64,000 nt of DNA from Callorhinchus milii (GCF_018977255.1 NW_024704743.1:107882001-107946000), one strand, 5' to 3'. Shown: positions 37,839-51,348, counted from the first letter of the stretch. The notes: a model not told the origin generated them from the letters alone. A program made the numbers and translations.

Positions 37839-38163
37839 ATCCTGTAGCTCAGGGGTTAGAGCGCTTGCTTTGCATGTGAGAGACCCAAGTTCAATTCCAG
37901 GCAGGTCAGGGCGAAACCTTGGGCAAGTTTCCTTACTCTACACGCCTAATAATAATCCCTTTAAAAAATAAAAACAATAATAAATTGGTCATTTTCAATC
38001 CACGGCTGTTTGTGGGACACTGCTGTGCACAATTGGCTGCCACGTTTCGCCCACAAATATAACAGTCACTACACTTTACAGTCTATTCTGTGAAGCGTTT
38101 TGAGACGTTGAGAAGACGTGAAAAGCGCTATATCAAATGCAAGGATTATTATTATTATTATTA
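37839..38163 (+). mobile_element. Full-length SINE (short subfamily), tRNA-Ala(TGC)-like head
   Basis: tcctgtagctcaggggttagagcgcttgctttgcatgtgagag head; lacks the central block; (TTA)n tail. Confidence 0.9.
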
Positions 38164-38859
38164 CACATCCCAAAGAATGGCCTCTAGTGTGAGATTGCCT
38201 CTGGGGACTGCCATTCACTGGGGAAACATATTCCAGGAAAGAAAGGAAGAATTGCAAAACTCAGCGCTGGTATTTACCTATTCTAGCTCAGCTCCCCTTT
38301 TTGTTGAGGAAGTCAGATTGGTTATAATCTGCACTTTAGTGTATGCCTCACCATTGGCTTCAGCAACTGACAGCAACAGAAACCTCAGTTATGCTCTGCT
38401 TGTACTCAAAGGATACAAATTTGTTCATCAACCTTATCCATACCCACATGTGTAGAACAAGTCCCTGATGAAAATAATCCTATCAAGTTGCTTTACTAAA
38501 TAGAGATTATTTACTATGCATTTGTTTTTGACAGACGCCATAGAGATTTTCTTCACCTAGCAGATGGAACAAACCGCCCGATTTACAAGCAGTGAATTTT
38601 GCTCTGTAACGAGCTTTGTTACTTGTGGCATCTGCCATGTGTGCCCGTTTACGTTTGGTTATCATAAGCTTCTACCTTCATTTCTCCTCCAATTTTCTCC
38701 CTTGCTCTCATTTCAGGGCACAGTTCCATGAAAGTTGTGTTCCTTCATTGTTCACATAACCAACATGTGAGCTCAGACAGCAAGTCTGATTTGTGAGGTT
38801 TGCAAAAGGATTTGTAAATAACAACATTATTTTTTTTAAAAAAGCTCTGGATGTTATCT

Positions 38860-39245
38860 TGGCTCAGTTGGTAGCCATTTTGCTTCTTGGACAGATGGGA
38901 CTAGGTTTAAATCCCACATTTCGGCTCCGAGCTCATAATCTGGGTTGACACTTCAGTGCAGATGTGGGGGATGAGCCACATTGTTGGAGGAGCTGTCGTT
39001 CGGATGAGATGCCAAACTATGGGTATGTCTGCCTGTTGGAGCAGATGTTAAAGATCCATGAAAACTATTCAACAAGAGAAGGGGATTTCCCTCCCAATTT
39101 CCTGGCCAAGTGCCCTCTAGTTAGACCAGTCTTTCAACCCCATGTGGGACCTTGCCGTGTGCAAAATGGCTGTTACTTTGTGGCCACTAAGCAATCACAT
39201 ATGAAGCGCTTTTAGATATCACAGGTTCTATAAAAATGCAAGCTC
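38860..39245 (+). mobile_element. Older Deu-domain SINE, near full length
   Basis: tggctcagttggtagc head, cggatgagatg...aaagatccatg core. Confidence 0.72.
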
Positions 39246-42200
39246 TTCTCTAACCGTTTGCACTGGAGATGATAAAACAGAATGAGCAAGAATGTTGACC
39301 AAAAGATTCACAGTGCCCTCTGATGTAGCCAAACACCATGTCCTTGATCTCTCTTCCACCTTATAGGATTGTTGCTGGAATTCCGTCTGGAACAGCCATG
39401 AATAATCACTCCGTTACCATCAGTAATTATTTCTATTTCCAAGCGATTATTTATGGTTCAGTTGAAGGTCACCTCCTCATACATCAACCGCATTGAGAAA
39501 AAAAAGCACTGGCTGATTGGCAGATAGAGTAACAAAGGGAAAAGATTTAAGGCCCCATTTTCCAGTTGAGTAGAACTGAAGCCTTAACTGATGAGTGGCT
39601 TCTCGCACTCATTACAAACGCAGCCGTAGTCGTATCACTGTCCAGTTGCATTACCGTATATTGCTATCTATAAAAGAACCATCTCCAGGCACCAGTGTCA
39701 GGCTGGGTTCCGTACCTGAAACAGCCATTCATCCCATCCAGTTTCCTTTCGCGGAGCACTATCTGCGAAGACTGTTTTCTTTGTCCATGATCTGCAAAGG
39801 GTTAATGCACTTCGCCGCTTACTGAGGGATTCAATGGAAACCCTTCACTCTGTGTGGCCTGCTCTCTCTGCAAAGCAATAAATAACAGGCCGCTTTCCCA
39901 GATAATGAGTAATTATACTTTTCCATCATGCATCACCAAATTGTACTCGTTCCACACTCTCCATCCAAATTATAGCCATTATTTTAGCTGAGAATTAATC
40001 CAAAAGTTAAAATGGATTAGTTAGATTGGCTAGAAAGAGAAAAGGCATAATCCCATCCGCACAAGTGCACGCAAACTCTTCCTCCAGAGCTAGAGGAGGG
40101 GAGGGACAATAGGCCCGAGAGACTACTTCTCAAATCGCAGCAGCATGGAAAATAACTCTTTGGGGCCAGATTTCCTCTTATAAGTAAATGATTATTTTAA
40201 AAGTAAAGCAGGTTTAAGACATTCACTCTTTAGTTCTGCTACATTTGCAGGCTGTTATGGGTCCATTAATGGAGCTTCTATAAATCGGTGATTATCAATT
40301 CAAGGGGGGGCACTCTCTGTGGGAACCTTCGCTTAAGTGCTGTGTAGATTTATTACTGGGTTTAGTTGCAAGGTGATCTCTTTCCCTCAGTTTCAGATAA
40401 TAATCAGGATAAACAAATCACACTGCAACACCCGCCCCTCGTGGGGTTCTTTTTGGCATAGATTAATTCTGTGTTTAAGAGGATCCTGTTTCAACCTCCA
40501 AAGACTCTTGGGGCCAGAGTTTGGCAGTTCTGAAAATGCAGGGAAGGGAATGAATACCTTGTTTATCGAAACCAGGGGCTGGAGGATTGTGTAACTGCTT
40601 AACTCAGATATCGGATCACTGTGTCTTCCATATGAAGGTGACTCAGCCTTGTTCCCCCTTTACCAGATGACTTACCATTGGGGCCATCTCAACTTCAGAG
40701 AGATCCCTCTTACCTCCCCTTTGCAAGGAGGATATTTACAAGCTGGGCTCCAATCACCAGACAAGCATGGATTTGAGTTCTCACTGGTTGGGTGGCTGAC
40801 ACCAGCATGAGAGGTGGGCGAGCAAAATAGCTGCACATAAACACGTGATTGTAATGCTACAGACTCAAGGTCATGTGCTGTAATCTATTGAACAATTCGA
40901 CCAGTTGGATGTACAGAGTTTGTGTGGCAAAACACTCCTCACAGTGGGTATAGAATGGCATCAACAAAGACTTAGGAGCAGGTGCCTGCCACAGGGAAAA
41001 TAAATGACAAAAGGGGGTACAATCCTCTCAAATTCCGAGTGAACCCCAAATATATTTGAAAAGAGAGCCTCTGAATTGCAATCGTGTAATGGGCACATTT
41101 CAGGCCGTTTTCCAATGTCACAGGCAGACCTGAGCTTTCCTCAGTGCTGATGATAGCTGTTTGTTTATAATCCCATTGTGTCCTGTAGGAGATTAAAACT
41201 GGAGGATTGAACAATGCTATAAAGTCCAGACAAAGACAAACACGGTCGTCTCTCCCTGTGTTTTACGGAAGTTTTGACGCCACACAGATACAGGCAGAAA
41301 AATAACAATCTACACTAATGGGTAGTGTGGTGTGGGGGGATGTAAAAGTGGCTGAACTTCATGATGTCTGAAAGAGAGTAATCAGAGCTTCAGGCTGATG
41401 GAGAAAACAGGAGTCTGGGGAGCGGGATGATGGAGACATACAGTGAGGAGAAAGCAGCAGGGGGGGATCAGAGGCATGAAGTGGGATGACTGCCAGATCC
41501 ACAGAAGCATTGAACCAAAGGTTTATATGCCTGGTTTGCAGTGAGCATGCAGTGTGCTGAGGCATTTAGAGGGCTATTTCATTATCTTTATTATAGCCAG
41601 CCAGGATGGAGGGTAGGGCAGCCAAAGTAGACAAAGGAAGGGCAGGAAAGCAGGAGGTGTGAGCAGAGGCACGCAGATCACTTCCTTCAGGACAGCGTGA
41701 ATCCGACCCAAAGTGTTCATTCCAAACTCATCTGCCTGCATCCCCACCTGCCTGAAGCTTTGTACGCCCATTGCCCCCTGCATTCGTCACCCTCCATTGG
41801 TTCCCAGGGAATCCATTTCAAGGTCCTCACTCCCATCTAAAACCCCACCCTCTCCACACCTCCTGCTTGACTCCTCTACTTGACAAACATGGACCTGCCA
41901 GGTGCTTCTTGCTCCTTAGCTCCACCGTTGGCGACTAAGCCTTCAGTGACTATGCCCCTATCCTCTAACAATCTTCAAAGGTCACCTAAAAACCTATCTC
42001 TTCATTTGTACTTATGGTCCACCTCCCACTTCCCTTCTCCGTGACAGCACAATCACTATGGACATTATAGTATGTGAAAGCCGCTGTAGAAATGCAAGAT
42101 ATTGTTATTGCCCTCCTTGGTTTTGAAGGTTACAATGTTTGGAACCTCAGATTGCCTGCAAATTGGTACATTTCTCCTCTTTCTCCTCCCTCCTCCATCT

Positions 42201-44266
42201 GTAACCGTGAACAGCTTATTGCTCAATTTGTTTTATTTGGCATTGTAATATTTTGGCTCTGCCACGCCCTTCTCTGTACACAGCTCAATTCCATTCCTCT
42301 GAAACATTCCTGGGACGATTCATCAGAAGTGACTGTGAGCATTGCTCAGTATTAAAACAAATAATTCACCGTTCGTTTCATCCCTAAAAGTTCGATTGCA
42401 TTCACCAAAGCTTCAGCAACGAGAACAAAACTCATTCTTCCACCTCCCTTCTGCAGCCTTTATCTACCCCACCCCACCCCCAGGGACTCTGATCTCTTCC
42501 ATTGCATTTCCTTTCATCCTCCTGGCAGTTCTGATCTCACCATGACCTTTTATCCCTTGCACCCAGCAGATCCAGTCTTTATTGCAGCATTTTCTGCCTT
42601 CCCTAGGGAGCCCCGATCTTTGTTGTAGGCTTGTCTGAAATGCCCCCTCCCCCTCCATTCTTTATTACAGCCATTTATCAGCTCCTCTTGGCAGTTTCAA
42701 GACTTTAACCCCAGCAGTTTTTTTCACCCTGTTCCTTGCTCTCATTCTTTTCCCTGAAATAGAAAAGACACAATTAGAAAATGAAAGCGCTGGATTGAGA
42801 ATGACCGACGGAGTCAGGAGGAAAACACAGAGGCAGGGGATGAAAAAAAGTAAAATAAAAAAGACAAGACAAATAGATTGAGAACAAAGACATTTTTGAA
42901 CTCTAACAACCTTCCAGATTAATTAGTCGTCTGTACACTTTATGGCAATATGTGGGACTTCGCTGAGTGCAAAATGCCGGACTTGTTTACCTGAAAAAAC
43001 AGTCACTACACAATTACTGTGAAGTGCTTTGAGATGGTTGGACATTATAGATCCTATAAAAACACAAGTTCTTTCTTCACACAACTGCACGCTCCAATGA
43101 GGCAGAAACACTGGTGCCTTTTCATGTGCCTGGAAAAGGCATTCCCTGAAGCTTCCACATGGAATAAAGAGAACAGGTCTGCCCAGCAAATTATTATGGT
43201 AAAGCTTTACTCCTGGTATATAAGCGTCCTCAGTGAAGTGCTACTTGAGGAAGACAGGATGGGATTTTTCATGAACAACTTTTCATAACAATATAGTATT
43301 GTAGAGGTAGAGCTCCAAAGTGCTTTCGCCACACACTGCCTGAGGGCCCTGGTGCTGTGGTAGCTGGTGTGAGACTGGAGATTAAAATAATTTTTCCCGA
43401 TGGAGTAACACTGATGTTGAGCGGATTCCCAACAAAAGCAGTTGGGAGTCAGTTGGAAAACACTCTGAGACGCTATGAGAGGTGCTATACAAATGGAATT
43501 GTTGCTTCATCATTTAACTCCTTTTTAAAAAAATTAAGTTTGCGCTTGTGGATAGTGTTGAACAATATTGGCTCAGGTGCAGAGAGAGAGATGTAGGAAT
43601 ATTCCCCAGTTTGAGACTCAAGAGAACAACAACAAAATTACATTTGTATAGCGTCTTTCATGTCGGGAGGACTTCCCAAGGCGCTGAAGGGGACTAGCGG
43701 GGAACTGTCTGGAGCAGAAGGATCCCAGTGTTCACTAGTGGAGGTGTAAGAACAGACAAATATTCTTAAATTTTTGATTGCATTAGCTTTGGGTCCCAGG
43801 CAATATGTATCCAGGATATTTCTCCAGTAGAAAGATGGGGAACAGTCAGATGGATCACAATGGTCTTTTCTGGTCCTACATATCCCTGTGTGAAGAATGG
43901 ATGGGTGGTTAGATCTTGCCCATGACCAGAGAACACAGGTTGGGAAAGTGTGTTGTCAAATGCCAAGATGTTGGCGACCTCAGACTGCGCATTGGGATGC
44001 GGATTGAACCAGCCAAAATTGTGTTTACCTGAATGAGGCCCTTGTAAGCTTACATGATGTCCATATGGCACATCCTCCAGGGATGACTCAGCACAGAGCC
44101 ATCAACTTGCCAGTCACTATGACTTTTGATGCTGCACTAGGCTGTGCCTTGATCCACTGGGCCACCAATAGAAGCAAATCACTTGCTTTTTCTCACAAAC
44201 CATTGTTAGCTTCTGCTACTTCGGCTTGGCTCAGTTTAATGGCAACTTGACTGATCTTCTTCACAG

Positions 44267-44351
44267 GTCTCAGTCAGTGGTGGAGCCAGGTGTACTGAAG
44301 CACGGAGACAGGGATGATGACAACACTCAGCCTCTACTGGCTCTAGATTGA
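44267..44351 (+). CDS. CLVS1: Clavesin-1, terminal coding exon (RSQSVVEPGVLKHGDRDDDNTQPLLALD*)
   Basis: Not in the ORF track. tcacag|G acceptor in the correct phase. Ends with the clathrin-box LLALD and TGA. Summed CDS is 996 nt = 331 aa + stop. Confidence 0.95.
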
Positions 44352-44945
44352 ACAGAAGATTGTCAGAGACCACATGCAAACGCTGCCAACTCCATGACTG
44401 GATTTCAGTGGTGGACACATGCTTAAATCAAGTCACATTCAGCTACGTGTTTTTCATTTGTTAAAAAATGGCAAGATTCAGATATCGCCACCAGCCATCA
44501 ATACTCACAGCTTTCTAGCAGAAGCTGAGTAAAGAACACAATGATTTTTACATGATACCTAAAGGATTTTGTATCTGCTGTAGGAGATCTCGCAGTGAAT
44601 GTGGCAGCATCACAGATATTTGGTACTTTGCCTATTAATGCGGAACTGATTAGGTCTTGGTAACAGACAGGCATGTAATATTTAGACATATTTGTGCCTT
44701 TGCATGCTCCCCAAACAGGAGGGGGAAATTTGTTTTTATATTTCAATATCAGATCGAGGAATTCAAAAAAAATTAAGAAAAGGCAGGTTGAAAAAACACA
44801 CACGTTTATTAAAGTGCCAAAGATCCTCATAATGATTCCTCTTTTTATTTGCTGTACAAGTGTTAAACTCCATCGATGCATTTTATTTAAATTTAGTAAT
44901 TAAAGCTAACTTTGCCAACCACAATGCTGTTTGCTTGAATGGGCA

Positions 44946-44951
44946 AATAAA
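44946..44951 (+). terminator. CLVS1: Candidate CLVS1 polyadenylation signal AATAAA
   Basis: About 600 nt after the stop, followed about 15-30 nt later by a GU/U-rich element (gtttgtttgtgtttt). Confidence 0.55.
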
Positions 44952-45674
44952 GAAGAATTACTCAAGTTTGTTTGTGTTTTATTTTAGGAAAACAAATCAA
45001 GGTTAGTAGCATGTACAGGATTTTACAAAAGTGTTTGTGCTCATTAATGATTTACAGGTACTGCACACCAACATCTCTCATTGTACCTAGATGTTTACTT
45101 GGATTAATAATCATCTAAATCCTTGAATACAAAGACTGTGCTGTTCAAAGCTCTTTAGGATAATTTGATGTGTGGAAAAATGTTTCTAAAACAGAAGCAA
45201 CTTTTAATTTTGAAAATACTTAAGAGCTAGACCTACAAAGTATTAAAGCCTGTAATAGTTAGTGATGATTTTGGTGCTTTTGTTGTTTTAAATTATGCCT
45301 GATTCATACTTTCACAAAAGGTAGGTTATTCCGTTCCTGCTGATAACTAAAAAAAATGTAAAAGAAACACAAGGCATATAACCAAACTGGGTTAATACTC
45401 AATGTATTCTTTTCCCACCCCTTTAAATAATGCTGGATCTGGAGAACGCAGGTCTCTACATACAGAACCGTTGGCATCTGAAAATTGTGCTGCTATTGCC
45501 TTGAAAGAATCATTTCAGTCAGATTAATGATATCAAAATACGCACAATATTCAGGGCAAATTCACTTTATCCAGTAGCATATAGTAGTTCACTTCAGACT
45601 ACAATCTAAACTCGTAGCTGAATTGGATGGGATATGGGAAGAATCACAGTGAAGCAGAAAGAATCCATTCACTT

Positions 45675-45860
45675 ACAACGACATTACATTTGTATAGTGC
45701 TTTTCATGTCGGGAGGATGTCCCAAGGTGCTGGACAGTCAGTGTTTCGGACCTGAGTTGGGGGTCGGGATCAGGGAGGATGCAGGGCCTGGGGTGGGGGA
45801 GGGTGACCGAAGGCACAGTTGAAAAGGAGAGGAGGGTCTTGAAGGAGGTAAGGGAGGGGC
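45675..45860 (-). mobile_element. L2 3' end between the CLVS1 and ASPH 3' ends
   Basis: Tail ttacatttgtatagtgcttttcatgtcgggaggatgtcccaaggtgctggaca. Confidence 0.8.
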
Positions 45861-45907
45861 CGTGTACTTAGGTTAGGTCGGCTTGATAAAAACAGAGAGG
45901 GAAAAGT

Positions 45908-45913
45908 TTTATT
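45908..45913 (-). terminator. ASPH: Candidate ASPH polyadenylation signal (alternative at 46083-46088)
   Basis: Minus-strand AATAAA at the far end of a roughly 2.9-kb block with no repeats I could recognise, downstream of the ASPH stop. Confidence 0.4.
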
Positions 45914-48807
45914 TGAAAAAAATGCAAACTAAAATCAAATACAACAGAATGTAGTCAGTAGACCAAAATACAATCAGTTTTTACCACAACCAGCTAAACT
46001 TGGTGACAAATCCCATTCAAAAAATCCCCATTCCAGGAATGGACGTGGGTGAAATGTAATCGGTGAAACAGATTGACAAATTTTTATTAAAAAGTGTAAG
46101 ACAGCACGAAATACGTGCCAAAAAGAGGGAATAAGGAGAGAAGCCTAATCACCCACTTAGTGGACAGATTACAGTTAATTCTATTTAAATTTTTCTTGAA
46201 GGGCAACGGGGAAACGGTGTCCCCAAGGTGTCTGTCAGAGTTCTCTCTCACCACCACGGGAACAACCTTTTTGGATATTTGCAACATACACTCATAGACT
46301 TCAATCCTGAAACACGTGGGAAGAATTTTCAAAATGAAAGGCTGGTGGAAAAAACATTTCAAAGCCCATCGTGAAGTCCCGAAGACTTCTAATGCATCAA
46401 CCAAATGCAGCAGGATTATTGAAGGTTGAGTCCTTATTTGTAGTGTTTGCAATCTTTTCTGGCTAGAAGCAGGTCTGTAATTTTTCTCCTGTAATGTAAA
46501 AGCCCTCAAAAGGAGTCAGTAGCTTTAAATCTGTTGACAGACTAAATGCTGTCTTTTGTAATGTTTCTACCTGCCTCATCAGTGTGATCAGAATGGCCTT
46601 TCTTTCTCCCCAAACTACAAAGAATCTATCATTCCCTCTTCCCCGACCTTGCCCTGACTTAGTAAACAGAGAGCTAATTAATTCAGTGACAAGGTCACTG
46701 GAATGCCAGGCGTTCTGCAGATCTGGCCATTGCAATGGACCTGCTACTGAATCCAGTCCGCCGGAGAGCAGAGGCAAGTTAAAAACAAAACAAAGACACA
46801 AAATGGAAAGCTACCACAATAAAATAAGGCTAGGCAGCATTCAATTACATTTGCATCAAAAAGGGCTCCTGTAATACCAGCAGGTAGCTGACAGATAGCA
46901 ATGAGCCAGATTGAGAGAACTAAAGGCTCCTGCCTCTGTGAGACTAATCCAATTCCTGTGGGTGGCATGAACAGCTTGCAATCAGTAAGTCCACAGAATC
47001 CGGCATCTGCAGCATTAGGCTGAGACTCTAATAGAATTGTACTTTATACGACACAAAATGCAGGCTTTGAGTGGCGAATCCAATTCAAATGATAAAATCA
47101 CAGTATTTCACAGACCTCAATTAGACTAAAGCGCGCTGCCCCCTTTTATAATGTTCCGGTTGTGTGTCCAACAGCCTGCTTACATTAGTGGGCACTGCAT
47201 TCTCCAGGCTCTCCTTGTGCTCACCTGTTTGTTGGAATCTGTTTAAATGCTTCTACAGCTCTGCTTTGAGGCAGAGCTCCCTTGGGTGTTTCAACGTAGT
47301 TCATTTAGTAGCCCCCCGACCCACCACTCTCACCAAAAATTATAATATTTACAATTGGTGTAATAATTTTGAACTGCAGAACATCTGGTCATTCTACTGC
47401 AGATGCATTACGGCTGTCACAGGCCATCTGCTTTTCGGCATTTTGCACAGATGTATTGGTTCTGTGTCGGGCGCATGTGCCCGTCTCACTGGCATTTGCT
47501 CATTTTTGTAATTGCGGTGTCACATTGACAGAGTTCAACACAAGCATCTGCAACATTAGCATTTCTCGGGACTATAGTTTCGTCTTTTCCACACTTTTAA
47601 CATGGACTGTCCTACAGTTCAAGGTGGGTAGTTATTGATTTTTTTCATTAAGGGATGCTTATGACAAAACCCAGTCTTATACTGATAAATGTGTTCAATG
47701 TTCACAATGCTTTTTGCTTAAACACTGAATGCTCGGGCCACCGCTGGGAATCTGGTTCAGGCAAGTTACTATACCCAGTGTGTGGGAGCTAAATATAAGC
47801 ATAGATACATCTGTTAACTCAGCCTGGTGCTTCAGTGATCATGTCATTCCAACTCTGCATGTTAATCCATCTTGCTCAAACAGTCAAGCTCAGTAACACA
47901 GCAAGTCAGATTCCCACCAGGGTTTACTATTTTTAAAAAACACTATTTAAGAATCTAGAGATATAGGCCAAACAGAAAACTGGTAATTGCGCTCCTTAGT
48001 AATTGACTTTGAAAACGGATAGATGAATAGTTCTGGGTGAGAAATTCTTTCCATTTCAGAATGTACCTGGGGTCTCTGTTAATGTTGCTTAGTTCTAGTA
48101 AAAGCTTGTAGTCAAGTACATACATGTTGACTAAATGCTAGAAAGCGAAGTACAAATAAAGTTTACAAATGGCCAAACTCCAAGATCAGGTTTGCAATTC
48201 CAATAACTGTTAAAGTTTATAAAGAACGACCTTGTAAGCAATGCAACACATTCAGCCCACGAAGCCCACATCTCTCACTTGAACGCAACACCTCTAAGTT
48301 GGGCATATTGCTGTGCAAAGCAGAAACTGGACGGAGGCAGCCCAGGGTACACTGTATGGGGTCAGCTATAATGCTAAATACTAGTTTGGTAAGGAAGAGA
48401 TTTTTCTTCAATAGTTCACTGAATATTTTGCATCTCTGAAACCATTCAATACAGGATGTAGGAAACGTCAACAGACCACGACAGCCTCGCTGTTTTATCC
48501 TCGATCGATCTCATTCGGCTCCTGTGTTCTGAAAAGACGACACAGGCCTTTTTGCATCACCTTAACATTTATGTAAAATAAACCTTTTTAAAAATGTTCC
48601 AGATTTCTAAAAAAAAATGCTTCAATCAACTCAATTGCTTTTTTTAAAAAAAATCAAACAGTCCCTGAAATTGTCTTCTGTGCCCTAAGGTGTTAAGAAA
48701 CAAAATGTTCAATGGCACTTGTTACACTTCATAATGTAAAAGACACATCCTTCATACTCCCGCCGCTCTTCTTGTTTCTTCTCCAATCTCCGCCCTGCAC
48801 ATCCTAT

Positions 48808-48958
48808 TTAGATTGGCGAAAGGGTCCGTCGTTGCTGAGGGGTCAGTTCTGGGTGCCACACATCTACGATGAAGATTAGACGATAGCTGTTGGCGTCCTG
48901 CCAAACCTCATGTTCGAATGAATCATCAAAGATGACGACTTTCCCCTCCTTCCATTCT
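48808..48958 (-). CDS. ASPH: ASPH terminal coding exon (REWKEGKVVIFDDSFEHEVWQDANSYRLIFIVDVWHPELTPQQRRTLSPI*)
   Basis: Second Fe-ligand His (FEHEV) and the 2-oxoglutarate-binding Arg (YRLIF). ctgcag| acceptor. TAA at 48810-48808. Confidence 0.96.
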
Positions 48959-49947
48959 CTGCAGAGCAAACAGGACAGCGTCTTGCTGGTTACATCCTAC
49001 ACTAATGTCAAATGTGTGACAATCATTCAACAGGTTTTGCTACATCCTCTAAGAGGTCACAAAGAGTATATGTGGAAATGTTTCCAGCCAAGTTTCTCCC
49101 CTGCACTTCTCATGTCGCCCAAAATATATAGTCAATTCACTTTACAGTATATTCTGTGAAGCACTTTGAGACGTCTCAAAGACATGATAAGACGATATAT
49201 CAAATGCAAGGATTATTATTATCATTATTGTCCCTTGACTTGTTTTTCCCATTGGGTGGTGGGGGAAGGGAGAAAAGAGAGAAAGGAAAAGAGAGCAGTG
49301 GGAGGGAGTTCACACTTGTACTCTGTACAGTTCTGTACCACAATATAACTGGTCCACAGAAGCACTGGAGGTAGTGCTTCTGTGGAGAGGAATGAGGCTG
49401 ATATCCAGTGTTACAAGGATAAAACCAGGAGGAATGATTAGATAGCCACAGTTCTGCAGCGTTCAAGAAGGAAGAAAAAGGAAACGTTTAGAAACTTGAG
49501 TTCAGGGCTGTCCAGGGCAAAATTATGACAGGCACCAGGAAGTGTTCCTTTACACAGAAGGTATGTCACCAGGATGGTTGATAGAGGCCAGGACTAATTT
49601 ATGAAACAATCTGATGCTGTATGGAAGACAGTACAATTGTTATTAACAAACCTTGTATATGACAGTGCTCCAAGATGTTATCTTATGTGAAGGGCACTAT
49701 ATAAATGCAAGTTATTGTTGTTAATGATATAGTTCCTTAATACATCAAACGTCTCAGAGAATTTTACTGGGAATTGTTGTCTGTGTTGCCAAGTGACATC
49801 TCTTGAACAATGTAACTGGTTTACCAATGACATTCAGGGCATTGGGATTAATTAAAAGAATTGCCAAAATCGAATAAACTGGTGAGCACACTCAATGGGT
49901 TGAATGGCCTCCTATATTGTTATGAATAACTGCAGGAAACCTCTGAC

Positions 49948-50078
49948 CTTGTATCATTGGCACAGCGTATTCGGCAGCCTTTGGGAATAACCAAGCCTAG
50001 GTGCATTCTTAGGCGGCAGTTTGTAGGTCCGGTGTGAGGCCACACGTGAGTCCCTGGCTGCATTATTGAATACTTAAC
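49948..50078 (-). CDS. ASPH: ASPH penultimate exon (VKYSIMQPGTHVWPHTGPTNCRLRMHLGLVIPKGCRIRCANDT)
   Basis: Contains the Fe-ligand His of WPHTG. ttgcag| acceptor, AG|gtcaga donor, 131 nt. Confidence 0.96.
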
Positions 50079-50099
50079 CTGCAAAACAAAATACACATA

Positions 50100-50515
50100 T
50101 TTATTATTATTAATAATACTTACATTTGCTACAGCACCTTTCACATCAGGAAGATGCCTCAAACAGTTTCACAGGAAATACTGTGAACTCTAGAAACTGT
50201 GTACCTTGTGGGAGAACGCAGCATCCAATTTAAACACAGCAATGTCCCATAAACAGTCATGAAGAGAATGACTAATTTTATTTGGGAGATTGTTGGCTAG
50301 GGCACCAGGAGAAACTCCCTTTTTTTTGAGTCATGCCACAGGGTCATTAACATCCACCTGAACAGGTAGAAGGAAGGGACCTCAGTTTAATGCACATCCG
50401 AAGGGTGACACTTCCAACAATACAGCATAACCCCAGCACTGCACTGGAATATTAACTTAGACTATACGAATTCCAAAGCCCAACATGGGGCTTGAACCAC
50501 AACCTTCTGATTTAA
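50100..50515 (-). mobile_element. Older Deu-domain SINE abutting the ASPH penultimate-exon acceptor
   Basis: Reverse-complement Deu core; its tail ends about 20 nt from the ASPH 3' splice site. Confidence 0.78.
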
Positions 50516-50832
50516 TGAAATACAATGACCATTTACATTTAGATAAGCTTTCCCATCAAGAGGGCATCTAAAAGTGCTTCAATTTGTGGTCGTTTCCTCA
50601 GCCCAAGTGTAAAAACTCAGTTTTAGTAGATGTTTCACAACAAACATATAAACAAGACATAAAATGTGGAATGAGAAAAGGTCACTTGACCCATCAAACC
50701 CACTCTTTTCACGGACCAAACCTATTCAAATGAGGAGTCTCTCCTCCACCTGTTATCTGGGGAAAGATTTTGCAAAGCAATTCCCTGAAACTAAAAAAAG
50801 GGTTCAAAGATAACTTTGTTTTCATTCCTTAA

Positions 50833-51348
50833 CCCTCTTGACCTTGAAAATTAGTCACGGTTACAGGAAAAAAATCCTCTTTGGCAGTTTATTGTGTGTT
50901 GTGTGTAAACGTGGTATAAAATATAGGTGTATTATTTGCGATGACAGACGAGTGTAGAGGGAAATTATAGATATCCTTAACTATGAAATTAACAACCTAT
51001 AAAGGATTAATCATCAATTACAGAATTAACATTCTTTTCATTGGTTAACGACGATTAAAATCATCCGCCATTTGCTTGTATTTACACATGACGCATAATA
51101 CACCTGTGTTTACATATGGCATATAATTCACTTAAATGATGATAGTATAGACACTGAGAGAAAGGGTGTAGTTATGAATCCTTCCTATCCATACCAATTT
51201 TCAGAAACCCATCTGAGGTATACTATGCTCGTGCAAAACTCACTAAAATTAAGCTGACCTTTACATGCTATCGATTCAGTTGCTTTTCAAATGAAACGTT
51301 AAGTGCATCCTATTGATTTACAGGCCGGTATGAAAACGGGCCAGAGGG
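50833..51348. mobile_element. piggyBac-type non-autonomous element (MITE)
   Basis: TTAA|CCCTCT ... AGAGGG|TTAA termini plus internal inverted repeats. Confidence 0.6.

Noticed and set aside
37839..37910. tRNA-Ala(TGC)-like gene (also 16907, 20960-21030, 32040-32104, 62826)
   Set aside because: These are SINE heads continuous with SINE bodies; stems are mismatched and anticodons vary among copies.
5303..44351. Calling the gene CLVS2
   Set aside because: Diagnostic residues and adjacency to ASPH favour CLVS1.
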